Below, one piece after another: positions 48,402 to 57,594 of a stretch of 64,000 nt of DNA. The notes under the pieces were generated by a model. The model saw nothing but the letters and a program-made list of their open reading frames with translations. It had not been told where the DNA came from and searched no databases. Made by a program: the position numbers and the translations under genes. The first letter of the stretch is position 1; every line of letters begins with the position of its first letter. The DNA is taken from contig JBIJDH010000020.1 of the NCBI GenBank assembly GCA_044344255.1, forward strand, positions 64,001 through 128,000, read 5' to 3'. This stretch comes from Myxococcota bacterium. Lineage in GTDB: Bacteria > Myxococcota_A > UBA796 > UBA2385.

Positions 48402-49671
48402 GAACAGGCTCCACGCCGGGCAGGAGCTCCTCAGAGTCTACGCCAGCGAGGGTCAGGAGGGTGGCGCCGATATGGTCGGGGAGCAGGGAGACGCCGCTCT
48501 CGGTCGTCTCGCCGGAGAGCAGATCCACCCTCTCGCCCCCACAGCTCTCGTCATAGGCCCCGATGGCCCGGCCACCCGCCACCCCGGCGCCGACCAACAT
48601 ACAGGAGGTGTATGTCCAGTGGTCCTTCCCGCCTCGATAATTATACTGCGGATATCGGCCCATCTCGGACATCACGACGATGGTGACCTCTTCGGCGAGC
48701 GTTCGTTCCACCTTTCCGGGCAGGGAGTCGAGGGTCTCCATGGTGGAGACGATCGCATCGAAGAGCTCCTCGAAATTGAGGGCCTGTTGGAAGTCATTCG
48801 AGTGGGTGTCCCACCCGAGGCCCTTCCAGCCGAGATGCCGCACCATGCCACACCGGGCGAGGTCATTGGCGAAGGCATTGACGAGGAGGTCCATCCCCTC
48901 GGTGAGGGTGTTGGAGGAGCCGAAGCGCAGGCTGTCGGCCAGGCCGCCGATACGGTCCATCCGCTCCTGTACACCTATGGAACGATCCAGCAGGAGCTTC
49001 TCGCGCCCCCGACCCGCCGCAGCGGCGAGCCGGTTCACCCGGGCCGTCACGAAGGCATCTTCGAGGGCCTCCTGAGAGGCCGGGGGCAGGCTCAGCGCCT
49101 GGTCGGCCCGGAGAAAGGCATCGCCGCTGATGAGATCGGGGAGCTGCCCCGAGCTGCCCACCCGGACCACCGCCGAGCCGCGATCATAGGTGAAGCTCGG
49201 CCCCGACAGGTGGATGAGGGGCAGCAGCAGGTCGGCGCCTGTGGAGGCGGCGATGAGCGAGGGCCAGTCATCGGAGGAGGGGAGCGAGGTGCCGGTCATC
49301 GCCAGCCGCACACAGGCGTCATGGGCGACCGAGCGCACCTCGAAGCCGTTGATGAAGCAGGTGCGGTCACCATATTGCTCCATGAAGGTGGTGACGCTGG
49401 GCCGACCCTCACTCTGAACATAGGGGATCCCATGGGCATTCGCCTCCACCGCATCGACCTCCATATCGATGCCGGCGGCGCCGAAGAGCGGGGCAAAGAG
49501 GCAGGTCTGGTCCCAGCCTCCCTGCGCGAAGACGAAGAGAAAGCGCCGCGCCGAGGGCTCCACCGCTCGACCGACCCCGGGCATCCACAACATCGCGGTC
49601 GGGAGGAGGGCCGAGGAGGCCGCGAGCAGCCCTCGACGAGACAGCGCGGAGGGTGGGGGCCGTTTGAGCAT
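48385..49671 (-). CDS. DUF1501-like Tat-exported protein
   Basis: SRRGLL Tat motif; FVFAQGGWD; GWDTHS; VMSEMGR.P; GKDHW; GAGVAGG. Confidence 0.82.
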   Translation of the reverse strand: MLKRPPPSALSRRGLLAASSALLPTAMLWMPGVGRAVEPSARRFLFVFAQGGWDQTCLFAPLFGAAGIDMEVDAVEANAHGIPYVQSEGRPSVTTFMEQYGDRTCFINGFEVRSVAHDACVRLAMTGTSLPSSDDWPSLIAASTGADLLLPLIHLSGPSFTYDRGSAVVRVGSSGQLPDLISGDAFLRADQALSLPPASQEALEDAFVTARVNRLAAAAGRGREKLLLDRSIGVQERMDRIGGLADSLRFGSSNTLTEGMDLLVNAFANDLARCGMVRHLGWKGLGWDTHSNDFQQALNFEELFDAIVSTMETLDSLPGKVERTLAEEVTIVVMSEMGRYPQYNYRGGKDHWTYTSCMLVGAGVAGGRAIGAYDESCGGERVDLLSGETTESGVSLLPDHIGATLLTLAGVDSEELLPGVEPVHAAIA

Positions 49672-49708
49672 CGCTACCTCGACCGGAACAGGAGACCGAA
49701 AGACAGGT

Positions 49709-49740
49709 TTCAATACGCCCAGAATTCAGTACGTCCAGAA
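49709..49740. repeat. 16-bp tandem duplication (2 mismatches) copying the gene end FWTY* as FWAY*
   Basis: TTCAATACGCCCAGAA (49709-49724) and TTCAGTACGTCCAGAA (49725-49740). Confidence 0.85.
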
Positions 49741-51432
49741 GGCGGGATCTCGGATCCAGACGGTGAGGAGGCTCGTCCAGGCCGCGAGCGGACCCTGCTC
49801 GGACTCCACGGCGGTCCACAGGGCCTCGTCCCGCACCAGCTCCACGGCATCCGGCCTCTGGCCATGGATGCGTCGATGCAGCGCGGTGAGCTCCGCGGTG
49901 AAGGCCTCGTCGCCGGGCCGGTCATCGAGGGTGATGGCCCCGAAGAGGGAGCGCGCCGCCCCCTCCGTGCCGAGCTCCTTCGCCACCACGGTCTCCGCGG
50001 CGGCCTCGGCGAGGCGCTTCATCACGAGGGCCCGGGTGAGCGTGGGCTCGCGCTCCGGCTGGGTGGTGTCATGGCCATCCATGCCGCCGGCCAAGACCCG
50101 GAAGCCGTAGACATCGTTCGTCAGCTCGTCGTAGCCGGTCCAGGTCCACTTGAAGCCGGTGAGATCGGCGACCGCCGACTCGAGCACCTCCGGGGCGAGG
50201 AGACGGCGGGTGGAGAGGCGGTTCTCCTCCTCCGCAGGGGCGCCGTCGAGCAGGCTCCCCACCCGATAATCCTCCCCCTTCACGAGCGCCTGGATCAGCA
50301 CCTTGTGTCGCAGCCCCCCCGCCTCGAAGGTTGCCTGCACCGACTGGAGCGTTGAAAAATCACCGAGGTCTATCGGGCGCCGCCAGAGCGCCTTGGCCAT
50401 GGTCTGCACGGCGCAGCTCTTGAAGCGCGGGTCAGCGGCCAGCATGGGGCCCAGATCCGCGGCGTCCGCCATCGGCTGACCGAACCAGGCCATATCCTCA
50501 TCGAGGTAGTATTTTCCAAGCCCCTCCCTCTCGGGGTGGTACCGCACCACATCCTCCGGAGAGTACATATCGAACCACCAGAAGCCGAACATGGAGGCGG
50601 CGAGGGGATCGAGGGTGCTATGGCAGGTGACACAGGCAGGGTTGGTCTCGATGGCCTCATCGACGCTGCCTCCGTCGAGGATCTCAACCGCGTCGAACTG
50701 GATGGGGCGCGTGAGATAGTCTTCGCAGAGGAAGAGGCGGGACAGGGCCGCGGCCCGGCTGCGATTGAAATTGCTCGGGGTGGTGAAGTACCGCCACCAC
50801 AGGCCGTTCGTGGTCACGACACCGCCGGCCGGGCGATCATCGGTGTATCGGGCCACCCGCCACTCCTCCCCGACATCGGTCTCGTCCAGGGGCTCCAGGG
50901 GATAGAGCCAGAAGAGCATGTCATTCGCCATCGTGTAATCGGCGGTGGCCACGTCGGTCCAGGGCAGATCGCGCGTGGCGATATGGGCCATGAGACGGGG
51001 GGGCTCGTTGCCAATGGCGCGCAGGTAGGCGAAGTCCTGGTCGGGCGGCAGCCCCCACTCCCAGGAGCGGATGTTGAATTCCTCATTTCTTGTGAGGAGC
51101 TGCTCCGCGAAGAGATCGACCAGCCGCCCCTCGTAGCGGGGGTCGTCCAGAAAGCCCTCGATCATGCTGTCCACGAGAGCGGGATCGGCCGCTACCGCAT
51201 CGAGCTCGGCGAGGGTGGGCACCACGCCGCGGAGGTCGAGGCTGGCCCGGCGGAGCAGCGCAGGAGCGGGGAGCGAGGCCCCATAAAAGGTCGCCGCCGG
51301 GCGTGAGTCCGGTGGGGAGTCCGGTGGGGAGCCCTCCCCTCCTTCATCGGGGACCGTCGAGGGGGGGGTGGGACCGCTCTCGCACGCGACCATCAGGAGG
51401 GGCAGCCAGACAAGGTGTAACCGGCGAGTCAT
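49726..51432 (-). CDS. DUF1549/DUF1585/DUF1588-like lipoprotein with a CxxCH motif
   Basis: MVAC lipobox; LLRRASLDLRG..PT; NRSRA..FLC; CVTCHSTLDP. This is the usual partner type of DUF1501 genes. Confidence 0.75.
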   Translation of the reverse strand: MTRRLHLVWLPLLMVACESGPTPPSTVPDEGGEGSPPDSPPDSRPAATFYGASLPAPALLRRASLDLRGVVPTLAELDAVAADPALVDSMIEGFLDDPRYEGRLVDLFAEQLLTRNEEFNIRSWEWGLPPDQDFAYLRAIGNEPPRLMAHIATRDLPWTDVATADYTMANDMLFWLYPLEPLDETDVGEEWRVARYTDDRPAGGVVTTNGLWWRYFTTPSNFNRSRAAALSRLFLCEDYLTRPIQFDAVEILDGGSVDEAIETNPACVTCHSTLDPLAASMFGFWWFDMYSPEDVVRYHPEREGLGKYYLDEDMAWFGQPMADAADLGPMLAADPRFKSCAVQTMAKALWRRPIDLGDFSTLQSVQATFEAGGLRHKVLIQALVKGEDYRVGSLLDGAPAEEENRLSTRRLLAPEVLESAVADLTGFKWTWTGYDELTNDVYGFRVLAGGMDGHDTTQPEREPTLTRALVMKRLAEAAAETVVAKELGTEGAARSLFGAITLDDRPGDEAFTAELTALHRRIHGQRPDAVELVRDEALWTAVESEQGPLAAWTSLLTVWIRDPAFWTY

Positions 51433-52463
51433 GGTCGCCCCTGCGCAGCCACGAGGGTGGCGAGCGCGTCGAGCAGCGCCGGCCCCGGACAGAGCTCCCC
51501 CTGGTCCTGCCCATGCCAGGTGAAGGGCCCACAACCGCCGCATTCGGACAGGGTGACCGAGAACCAATGGCCCCCTGGATCTCGAACACCGATGAGCCCC
51601 ATCGGATCTCCACTGCAGACCGTCGTGTCGGTGACGAGCCCGGTGAACATGATATCCGCGGCCGGATTTCCAATCCCACCATCCAGCTGGAAGCGGGAGG
51701 TGTCCTCCCCATCCGAGGCGATCACAAAGAGGCCGACCTCCGCCTCGGCGCCGAGCCAGGTGGGATCGTCGTCCCGATGAAAGACCCCACCGGTGGCCGA
51801 GGTCCACTGATAGGTGCCGGTCTCATCAACGCTCCCGTCGAGCTCCAGCGTGCCGGCCCCCATGAGCTCCCGTCCGTCGACCTCGGTGATGGTGTAGTTG
51901 GTGAGCGCGTGAATGACCCAGGACATATCCGTATGTTCTTCAAAGTATTGGCTGAGCCCATGATACCGCACACCGGCGATCGAGGTACAATCCCCCTGCC
52001 ACTCCCCCTGGGCGCCGATGTCGTCCTCATCGTCCTTGAGAGGGCAGGAGGAGTCAGACCAGGTCATCAGCTCCTCATACGCATCCCGAATGGGGATGGC
52101 GTTGGGGATGCCGCCCTCCAGCGCCGCCTCAAGGGCCGCTCCGGCCTCCTCCGCCGTCCAGACGGGGCTCCCGGGATCGATCCACGCTCCGCCCTCGGAG
52201 GCGCTGTCGGTGCCACCCCCATCCCCCGCGTCACCGCCATCGCCACCGTCCCCGCCGTCGGCCGGCTCTCCTTCGTCCTCGGTGAGGTGACACAGGCCGT
52301 CCGACTCGAACCGCGTGGAGCCCGCGGGGCAGGGGGCCGGGCCACAGCCCCCCATCGCGACGATCAGGAAGCCGGACGCAGCGCCCCAAGTCAGCCGGAA
52401 GCCGTCCCACCAGCCGGGGCGGGGGCCCAGCAAGCGCCTGGGGTGTTGAAGGGGGCTCGACAT
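51429..52463 (-). CDS. Hypothetical lipoprotein with Gly/Asp linker and Cys pairs
   Basis: MGGC; DGG linker; CP, C..C and LC motifs; ATGA overlap with the downstream gene. Confidence 0.7.
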   Translation of the reverse strand: MSSPLQHPRRLLGPRPGWWDGFRLTWGAASGFLIVAMGGCGPAPCPAGSTRFESDGLCHLTEDEGEPADGGDGGDGGDAGDGGGTDSASEGGAWIDPGSPVWTAEEAGAALEAALEGGIPNAIPIRDAYEELMTWSDSSCPLKDDEDDIGAQGEWQGDCTSIAGVRYHGLSQYFEEHTDMSWVIHALTNYTITEVDGRELMGAGTLELDGSVDETGTYQWTSATGGVFHRDDDPTWLGAEAEVGLFVIASDGEDTSRFQLDGGIGNPAADIMFTGLVTDTTVCSGDPMGLIGVRDPGGHWFSVTLSECGGCGPFTWHGQDQGELCPGPALLDALATLVAAQGRP

Positions 52464-52834
52464 TCATTGACTCTACCACGGGTCCCGGGGAGCTGCCCCG
52501 CGCAGGCCAGCGCCCCATGGAGGGCCGAGCTCAGCCGCCTGGAGGTTGGGTCCAGGTCTCTCCCTCGCTCCGACCCGGATGGTGGATCTCCTCTCCTCTT
52601 CGGGGTAGCCCTCCACGTCCTCTTGAGGAGGTGGCAGGTGGACGGCGCGCGACTCCGGGCGATGTTGAACGGGATGCTCAAACAGGGCGTGGGCGGCTGG
52701 ACGACCCTGCACGTCCGCCGCTCCCTCGCCGACGCCGTCGCCGAGGCGGCCGACAAGGACAGGACGGCCGGCCACGCCCAGGTGGCCGCCCTGCTGGGCG
52801 CGCCCTTCCAAGCTCTGCCGCCCGCGAGCCCTCC

Positions 52835-52954
52835 ATGAAACAAGCGCTCCCCTGGCTCCTCGGGGCCGCCCTCGTCGTGGTCGCGGTGGCCGCCTACCTG
52901 CTGTGGTCGGCCCCGGCGGAGAACACCCTGCCAACCGTCTACGGGGTCTTCTGA
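52835..52954 (+). CDS. 39-aa single-TM micropeptide with C-terminal xxYxxF motif (DltX-like)
   Basis: MKQALPWLLGAALVVVAVAAYLLWSAPAENTLPTVYGVF*; GC3-rich codons; TGATG overlap with the SGNH gene. Confidence 0.72.
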   Translation: MKQALPWLLGAALVVVAVAAYLLWSAPAENTLPTVYGVF

Positions 52955-53955
52955 TGCACCCCGACCAGCTCCGCCGGGCGGCCGTCGCCGTCATCGTCCT
53001 CGCCCTCCTCGTCGCCGGGGGGGTCACCCTCCAGCGCCACCGCAACCGCATCATCAGCGATCCGATCACCCGGGAGGCGCCGGAATTAGGCGGGCGGGCC
53101 CAGGTGCTCATCCCTAACCTCCAGGGGGCCACCGTCTGGGTGCCCGATCGCCCCCATGACCCCTCCGAGCTGCGCGGCGACGACCGCTTCGAGCGCATCC
53201 GCCGCCTGCGCAGCTTCCAGGTGTGGACCAACAGCATCGGCCTCCGGGGCCCCGAGCTGGCCAACCCCCGCACCGGCCCGCGCATCCTCTGCCTCGGCGA
53301 CTCGGTCACCTTCGGCTGGGGCGTGCCCTACGAGGAGAGCTACCCCGCCCGCCTCGCCGCCAAGCTCGGCCTGGAGGTGGTCGACGCCGGCGTGCCCGCC
53401 ATGAGGCCGCACAGCATCGCCAACTGGGCCCAAGGCCACGCCGCCGCCCTGCAGCCCGACCTCGTGATCTTCACGAGCCGGCCGGACTGGTCAGAGCCCG
53501 AGGCCGTGCTCGGCTACCAGCGGGCCGTCCGCCAGGTGCAGCAGAGCATCGGCCGGGCCCGGCTCGTCATCGTGATGCCGGCCGTCAGCACCTTCGACCC
53601 CAAGGGCTCCCAGGTCTACGCCCAGGAGGCCGCCGAGGTGCGCGCCGCCCTGCCCGACGTGCCCCTCATCGACCTCACCGGCGCCTTTCGCGCGGCCCTG
53701 CCCCTGCCCGGTGTGATCATGGAGCAGTCCGACGGGCACCAGCGGGTCTACGATCTGCCCGGACACAGCCTGCGCATCGACGCGATCGCACCCCAGGTGG
53801 GCCTCGCCCCCGAGATCGTCGCGATGTTTGAGGATGACCCCAACGTCGCCGAGCCGCTCTTCTACGACGGCGGCCACCCCGACACGGCCGGCTACGCCCT
53901 CTTCGCCGACACCCTCGCCGCCTGGTTGGGCGAGCAGGGCCTCGTCCCTCGCTGA
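52954..53955 (+). CDS. SGNH/GDSL family protein with N-terminal TM anchor
   Basis: TNSIGLRG, CLGDSVTFG, DAGVP and DGGHP. Confidence 0.85.
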   Translation: MHPDQLRRAAVAVIVLALLVAGGVTLQRHRNRIISDPITREAPELGGRAQVLIPNLQGATVWVPDRPHDPSELRGDDRFERIRRLRSFQVWTNSIGLRGPELANPRTGPRILCLGDSVTFGWGVPYEESYPARLAAKLGLEVVDAGVPAMRPHSIANWAQGHAAALQPDLVIFTSRPDWSEPEAVLGYQRAVRQVQQSIGRARLVIVMPAVSTFDPKGSQVYAQEAAEVRAALPDVPLIDLTGAFRAALPLPGVIMEQSDGHQRVYDLPGHSLRIDAIAPQVGLAPEIVAMFEDDPNVAEPLFYDGGHPDTAGYALFADTLAAWLGEQGLVPR

Positions 53956-53967
53956 GTCAGCGCCCCC

Positions 53968-54819
53968 TTAGGGAAGCGGCGCCCAACGTCCATCGGACAG
54001 GGCCGCGGCCGCGGTCTGGGCCAGCGCGGCATGACCCGCCGCCGTCAGGTGGATGGGATCGGTCGTAAAGAAGGCGCTGGCCGGCATCTCCGGGGCAAAG
54101 GTGGGCCCCACCGACCGCGCCGCTTCGATGTAGGCGGTGAGCGGGGTCGGCTGGGGAAAGACCATCAGATACACCGCCGCCGGCCGGGCCGCGACCGCGA
54201 GGGCGCGCAGGTTCTCGGCGAACTGGGCCGGGCTCACCCGCGCCACCACCCCCGCCGCCGCGGGGGGCGCCGGCCGCGAGCCGCGCAGCAGGCGGATCAG
54301 CGACAATTGCGCGCCCGGCGGCGTCGGCTGAGCGACGGCGTCCTCCTGGGGCGCCATTTGGGCGTCACGCACCCCAAAGGCGAGGATCAACCGAGTTGGA
54401 TGCAGGGCCAGCAGCGTCGCCCCCGCCCGCCGCGCCTGGGCGGTGGACCAGCCCGGCACCCCACCATTGACCACCGCCGCGCCGCTCTCCGCTGCGAGGC
54501 GGGCCGGCCAGGCCTCGGTCGCCGCCACCCCCCAGCCAAAGCTCGTGCTGCAGCCCATCACCAGGGTGAAGGGCCCGTCGGCCGGCGGCGGATCGCCGCG
54601 CAGGCCAAGGGAATTGGTGACCACCCGAAAGGAGCCCTCCCCGCCCGGCACAGGCCGATCGAGGCCGGGCCGCAGGGTCCAGGCCCAGACGAGGTCGCCA
54701 TCGTAGAGGCCCCGGTCCGGCAGCCCCGCCAGCCGCAGCCCCCCCTCCACCAGGCCGAGGAGGCCGATGGTCACGATCCCGCCGAGGATCGGCTTCATCC
54801 AGGTGGGGATCCCAGCCAT
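53968..54819 (-). CDS. SGNH/GDSL family protein with N-terminal TM anchor
   Basis: TNSLGLRG, MGCSTSFG, NGGVPG and DPIH. Confidence 0.85.
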   Translation of the reverse strand: MAGIPTWMKPILGGIVTIGLLGLVEGGLRLAGLPDRGLYDGDLVWAWTLRPGLDRPVPGGEGSFRVVTNSLGLRGDPPPADGPFTLVMGCSTSFGWGVAATEAWPARLAAESGAAVVNGGVPGWSTAQARRAGATLLALHPTRLILAFGVRDAQMAPQEDAVAQPTPPGAQLSLIRLLRGSRPAPPAAAGVVARVSPAQFAENLRALAVAARPAAVYLMVFPQPTPLTAYIEAARSVGPTFAPEMPASAFFTTDPIHLTAAGHAALAQTAAAALSDGRWAPLP

Positions 54820-54838
54820 GCGCGCCTCCCGGGCAGCC

Positions 54839-55939
54839 TCAACCACCGCCGTCGAGCAGGTCCATCTGTACGCTCGGACCGCCGAGCGTACCCATGCCAT
54901 CGAAGGGATCGGAGGGGGCGATCACCGGGGCGGTCTCGCTTGCCACAGGGGCACGGGCGGGCCAGCCCGCCTGGACCAGGGCATCGGCCACCCCCTCTGC
55001 GAGGAGGCGACAGGCGTCGGCGGTGGGGTGCAGCTCATCCTGAAAGAGCGCGCGGCTCGGGAGGCCACTCGACCGATAGATCGACAGGGCCTCCACCCGC
55101 GGCACATGGTGCGCCTCGGCGACCGCGGACTGTACTGCGAAATAAGGAGCCCACTCCTGGCTCGACTGGAGCCCGTCCTGCAACATCGGCGCGTTGGCGA
55201 GCGTGAGCACCACGACCCCCACACCCCGCTCCCGCGCCCCATCGAACATGGCACTCAGGTTGCGAGCATAATCAGCGAGGGGCACCCGACGGACGCCCCG
55301 CTGGCCGGGGGTGGGCCAAGCGATCTTTCGAGCGGCCGGTCGACCGAGGGCCCGATTGACCCCCATCCGGGTCTGTCGGAAGAGGGCGCTGTGGACGAGC
55401 AGCCGCTCCACTCGCGCCATCGGGCTCCCCGCCGCGCGTAAGAGGTCGGCATCCCGAAAGGCGTCGAGGTTCGAGTCGCTCCACAGATTCCCGACGATGA
55501 GCGTGTGGGGCTGCATCTCCCACCCGACCTCCTGGAGCGCCGCGAGGGTCTGCACCGTGGAGTAGCCGGGGACCGCGAGGGTCCCGACCCGGGCGGAGAT
55601 GGACCTCGCGTTCAGCACAACCTGGAGCTGATCGTGCAAGGTCTTGCCGTCGGGGAGGCCGTCGCCGAAGATGCTGGAGTCACCGGTGCTGAGGAGGAGG
55701 GGGGCCCCCGCCGGGCCGGGTGCGTGGACAGCCCGGTTTCCTTCACGGCTCAGCCGATAAAACGGAGGCCCACGGTCATCAGGGGGGGGCTCCCCCAGGG
55801 CCCAGATTCGGGTGGGATCGGGGTTGAGCACGATGCCACGGGCCGGCGGGGTGGGATCGGGCAGCACCCGCGCGATGAGCTCGGCCAGGAGCACCAGGAG
55901 GAGGCCGATCCCGAGCGCGCCCAGCCGACGACGGTTCAT
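54839..55939 (-). CDS. SGNH/GDSL family protein with N-terminal TM anchor
   Basis: TGDSSIFG, AVPGYS and FQDELHP. Confidence 0.85.
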   Translation of the reverse strand: MNRRRLGALGIGLLLVLLAELIARVLPDPTPPARGIVLNPDPTRIWALGEPPPDDRGPPFYRLSREGNRAVHAPGPAGAPLLLSTGDSSIFGDGLPDGKTLHDQLQVVLNARSISARVGTLAVPGYSTVQTLAALQEVGWEMQPHTLIVGNLWSDSNLDAFRDADLLRAAGSPMARVERLLVHSALFRQTRMGVNRALGRPAARKIAWPTPGQRGVRRVPLADYARNLSAMFDGARERGVGVVVLTLANAPMLQDGLQSSQEWAPYFAVQSAVAEAHHVPRVEALSIYRSSGLPSRALFQDELHPTADACRLLAEGVADALVQAGWPARAPVASETAPVIAPSDPFDGMGTLGGPSVQMDLLDGGG

Positions 55940-56007
55940 TCCTGCTCCCTCCCAGGCGGCGAAGCGTAGCCCAACCCAGGCAGGGGGGCACATGCTAGGA
56001 TGCCGCG

Positions 56008-57594
56008 ATGAACTCCTCGCCGCTGCTGCTCCTCACCCTCTGCCTGTCCTGTGGCGGGGAGACCCGCCCTACCCCACCCGCACCGGTCGGACCGCCGCCG
56101 GGCAAGCCCGCGGGTTCAGGTGGCCCCGGAACGCCGGGGGGGAGGGCATCTTTCGACCCCGGGCCGGAGAACCTCACCGACGCCTGGACCGCCGAGCTCG
56201 GCGCCGCCGTCGATCCCATACCCCAACCGCCAACCTGCCCGGACGCCGATCAAGACGGCTTCTTCGCCGCCACCGCCTGCCCGGGTGCCGATGCCGCCAC
56301 CCTGGACTGCGATGACCAGGACCCCACGGTCACCCCCGCGACCGAGCGCTGGGTCCGGCCCGGGCCCTTCCTCATGGGCAGCAGCTCCACTCAGGCCGGG
56401 GCCGACGAAAAGCCCGTCCACGTCGTGCAGATGTCGGGCTACTGCCTCGAGCGAACCGAGGCTTCGGTGGCCGATCTCGCCGCCTGGTTCCTCTCTACCG
56501 GCCGGAAGCCCGAAGGCGCCGATGTGCGCAGCCTCGACACCGACGGCCGGGCCGAGCTTGGCCGGGAGGCCCAGCCCGCCGAAGGGCTCACCTGGGCCGA
56601 AGCAGACGCCTTCTGTCGCAGCCGCGGCAAGGCCCTCCCCACGGAGGCCCAGTGGGAGAAGGCAGCCCGCGGCGGCTGCGAGCTCGGAAGCAGCCCCACA
56701 GCCTGTGACCCGGCCGACCTCCGGCCCTATCCCTGGGGGGACGCGGCCCCCACCTGCGCCCTCGCCAATCACCAGCACACCGGGGGGGGAGTGCCTACGC
56801 TCTGTGTCTCCGATACGAGTCCGGCGAATGATCCCGCCGCCAACCTGGGCCCGTATGGGCATCAGAACCTGGCCGGCAATGTGTGGGAATATACGGCCGA
56901 CCTCTGGCACCCCCATGTGTATGGCCCCGGCCGGAGAGACCCCGGTGGCCCGACCCCGGGCGCCTCTGCGCTGCCCCATGTGTTACGCGGCGGCGGCTGG
57001 AACACCTTCTCCACCAATATGCGGGTGGCCAATCGATTCACCGACCTCGTCATGGGCTCCGCGGTGGGTGTCCGCTGTGCGCGCCCCACGGTGGAGCCGG
57101 TTCCTGACCAGCCGGTTCCGCTTCAAATGGTCAAGGTGTCGGGCACCCTGAAGCGGGATGAGGGCAGCTTCACGGGCCGCGCCGTCTATGTTGTCGCCTT
57201 CGACAATGAGGACGCTGACCCCCAAAGCGGAATGGTACCGCCGGGGCGCTCACCGGTCGCGGAGCGGCGCTTCCCGCCGAGCGGCGCGACGGAGCAGGAA
57301 TTCAGCATCGACGTCCCGGCCGGGGCCAGCTATCGAATTTTCGCCTCCTTCGACGACGGCACAGGGAATGACAAAGACGCCTATCGCTCCTCCTCGGGGA
57401 GCGGCGGCATCGGGATGGTGCAAGAGAGCATCTCAACCGTCTCCGGCCCGGTCGAAGGGATCTCCATCACCATCGCAAAGATGCCCAAGCCGCCTCCCGG
57501 AGGTCGTCCGCCGGGGCCACCGCCCGATGGACAGGGTCCGCCGGGGCCACCGCCCAATGGACAAGGTCCGCCGAATGGGAGCCCGCCTCGGTGA
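56008..57594 (+). CDS. FGE-sulfatase domain lipoprotein with one MopE-like motif and a Pro-rich tail
   Basis: LSC lipobox; DADQDGF..DCDD; LPTEAQWEKAARG; YPWG; LAGNVWE; RGGGW; GVRC; PPGPPP(D/N)GQG repeats. Confidence 0.85.
   Translation: MNSSPLLLLTLCLSCGGETRPTPPAPVGPPPGKPAGSGGPGTPGGRASFDPGPENLTDAWTAELGAAVDPIPQPPTCPDADQDGFFAATACPGADAATLDCDDQDPTVTPATERWVRPGPFLMGSSSTQAGADEKPVHVVQMSGYCLERTEASVADLAAWFLSTGRKPEGADVRSLDTDGRAELGREAQPAEGLTWAEADAFCRSRGKALPTEAQWEKAARGGCELGSSPTACDPADLRPYPWGDAAPTCALANHQHTGGGVPTLCVSDTSPANDPAANLGPYGHQNLAGNVWEYTADLWHPHVYGPGRRDPGGPTPGASALPHVLRGGGWNTFSTNMRVANRFTDLVMGSAVGVRCARPTVEPVPDQPVPLQMVKVSGTLKRDEGSFTGRAVYVVAFDNEDADPQSGMVPPGRSPVAERRFPPSGATEQEFSIDVPAGASYRIFASFDDGTGNDKDAYRSSSGSGGIGMVQESISTVSGPVEGISITIAKMPKPPPGGRPPGPPPDGQGPPGPPPNGQGPPNGSPPR

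Noticed and set aside
52560..52838. Possible small ORF or gene remnant upstream of the micropeptide
   Set aside because: Coding-like codons, but no clear start or recognisable motif, so I cannot support a call.
45914..57594. FGE/C-type-lectin-fold genes as diversity-generating retroelement targets
   Set aside because: No reverse transcriptase is in the window, and I found no template repeat differing only at adenines. The A2M repeat differences are mostly synonymous and not adenine-specific.
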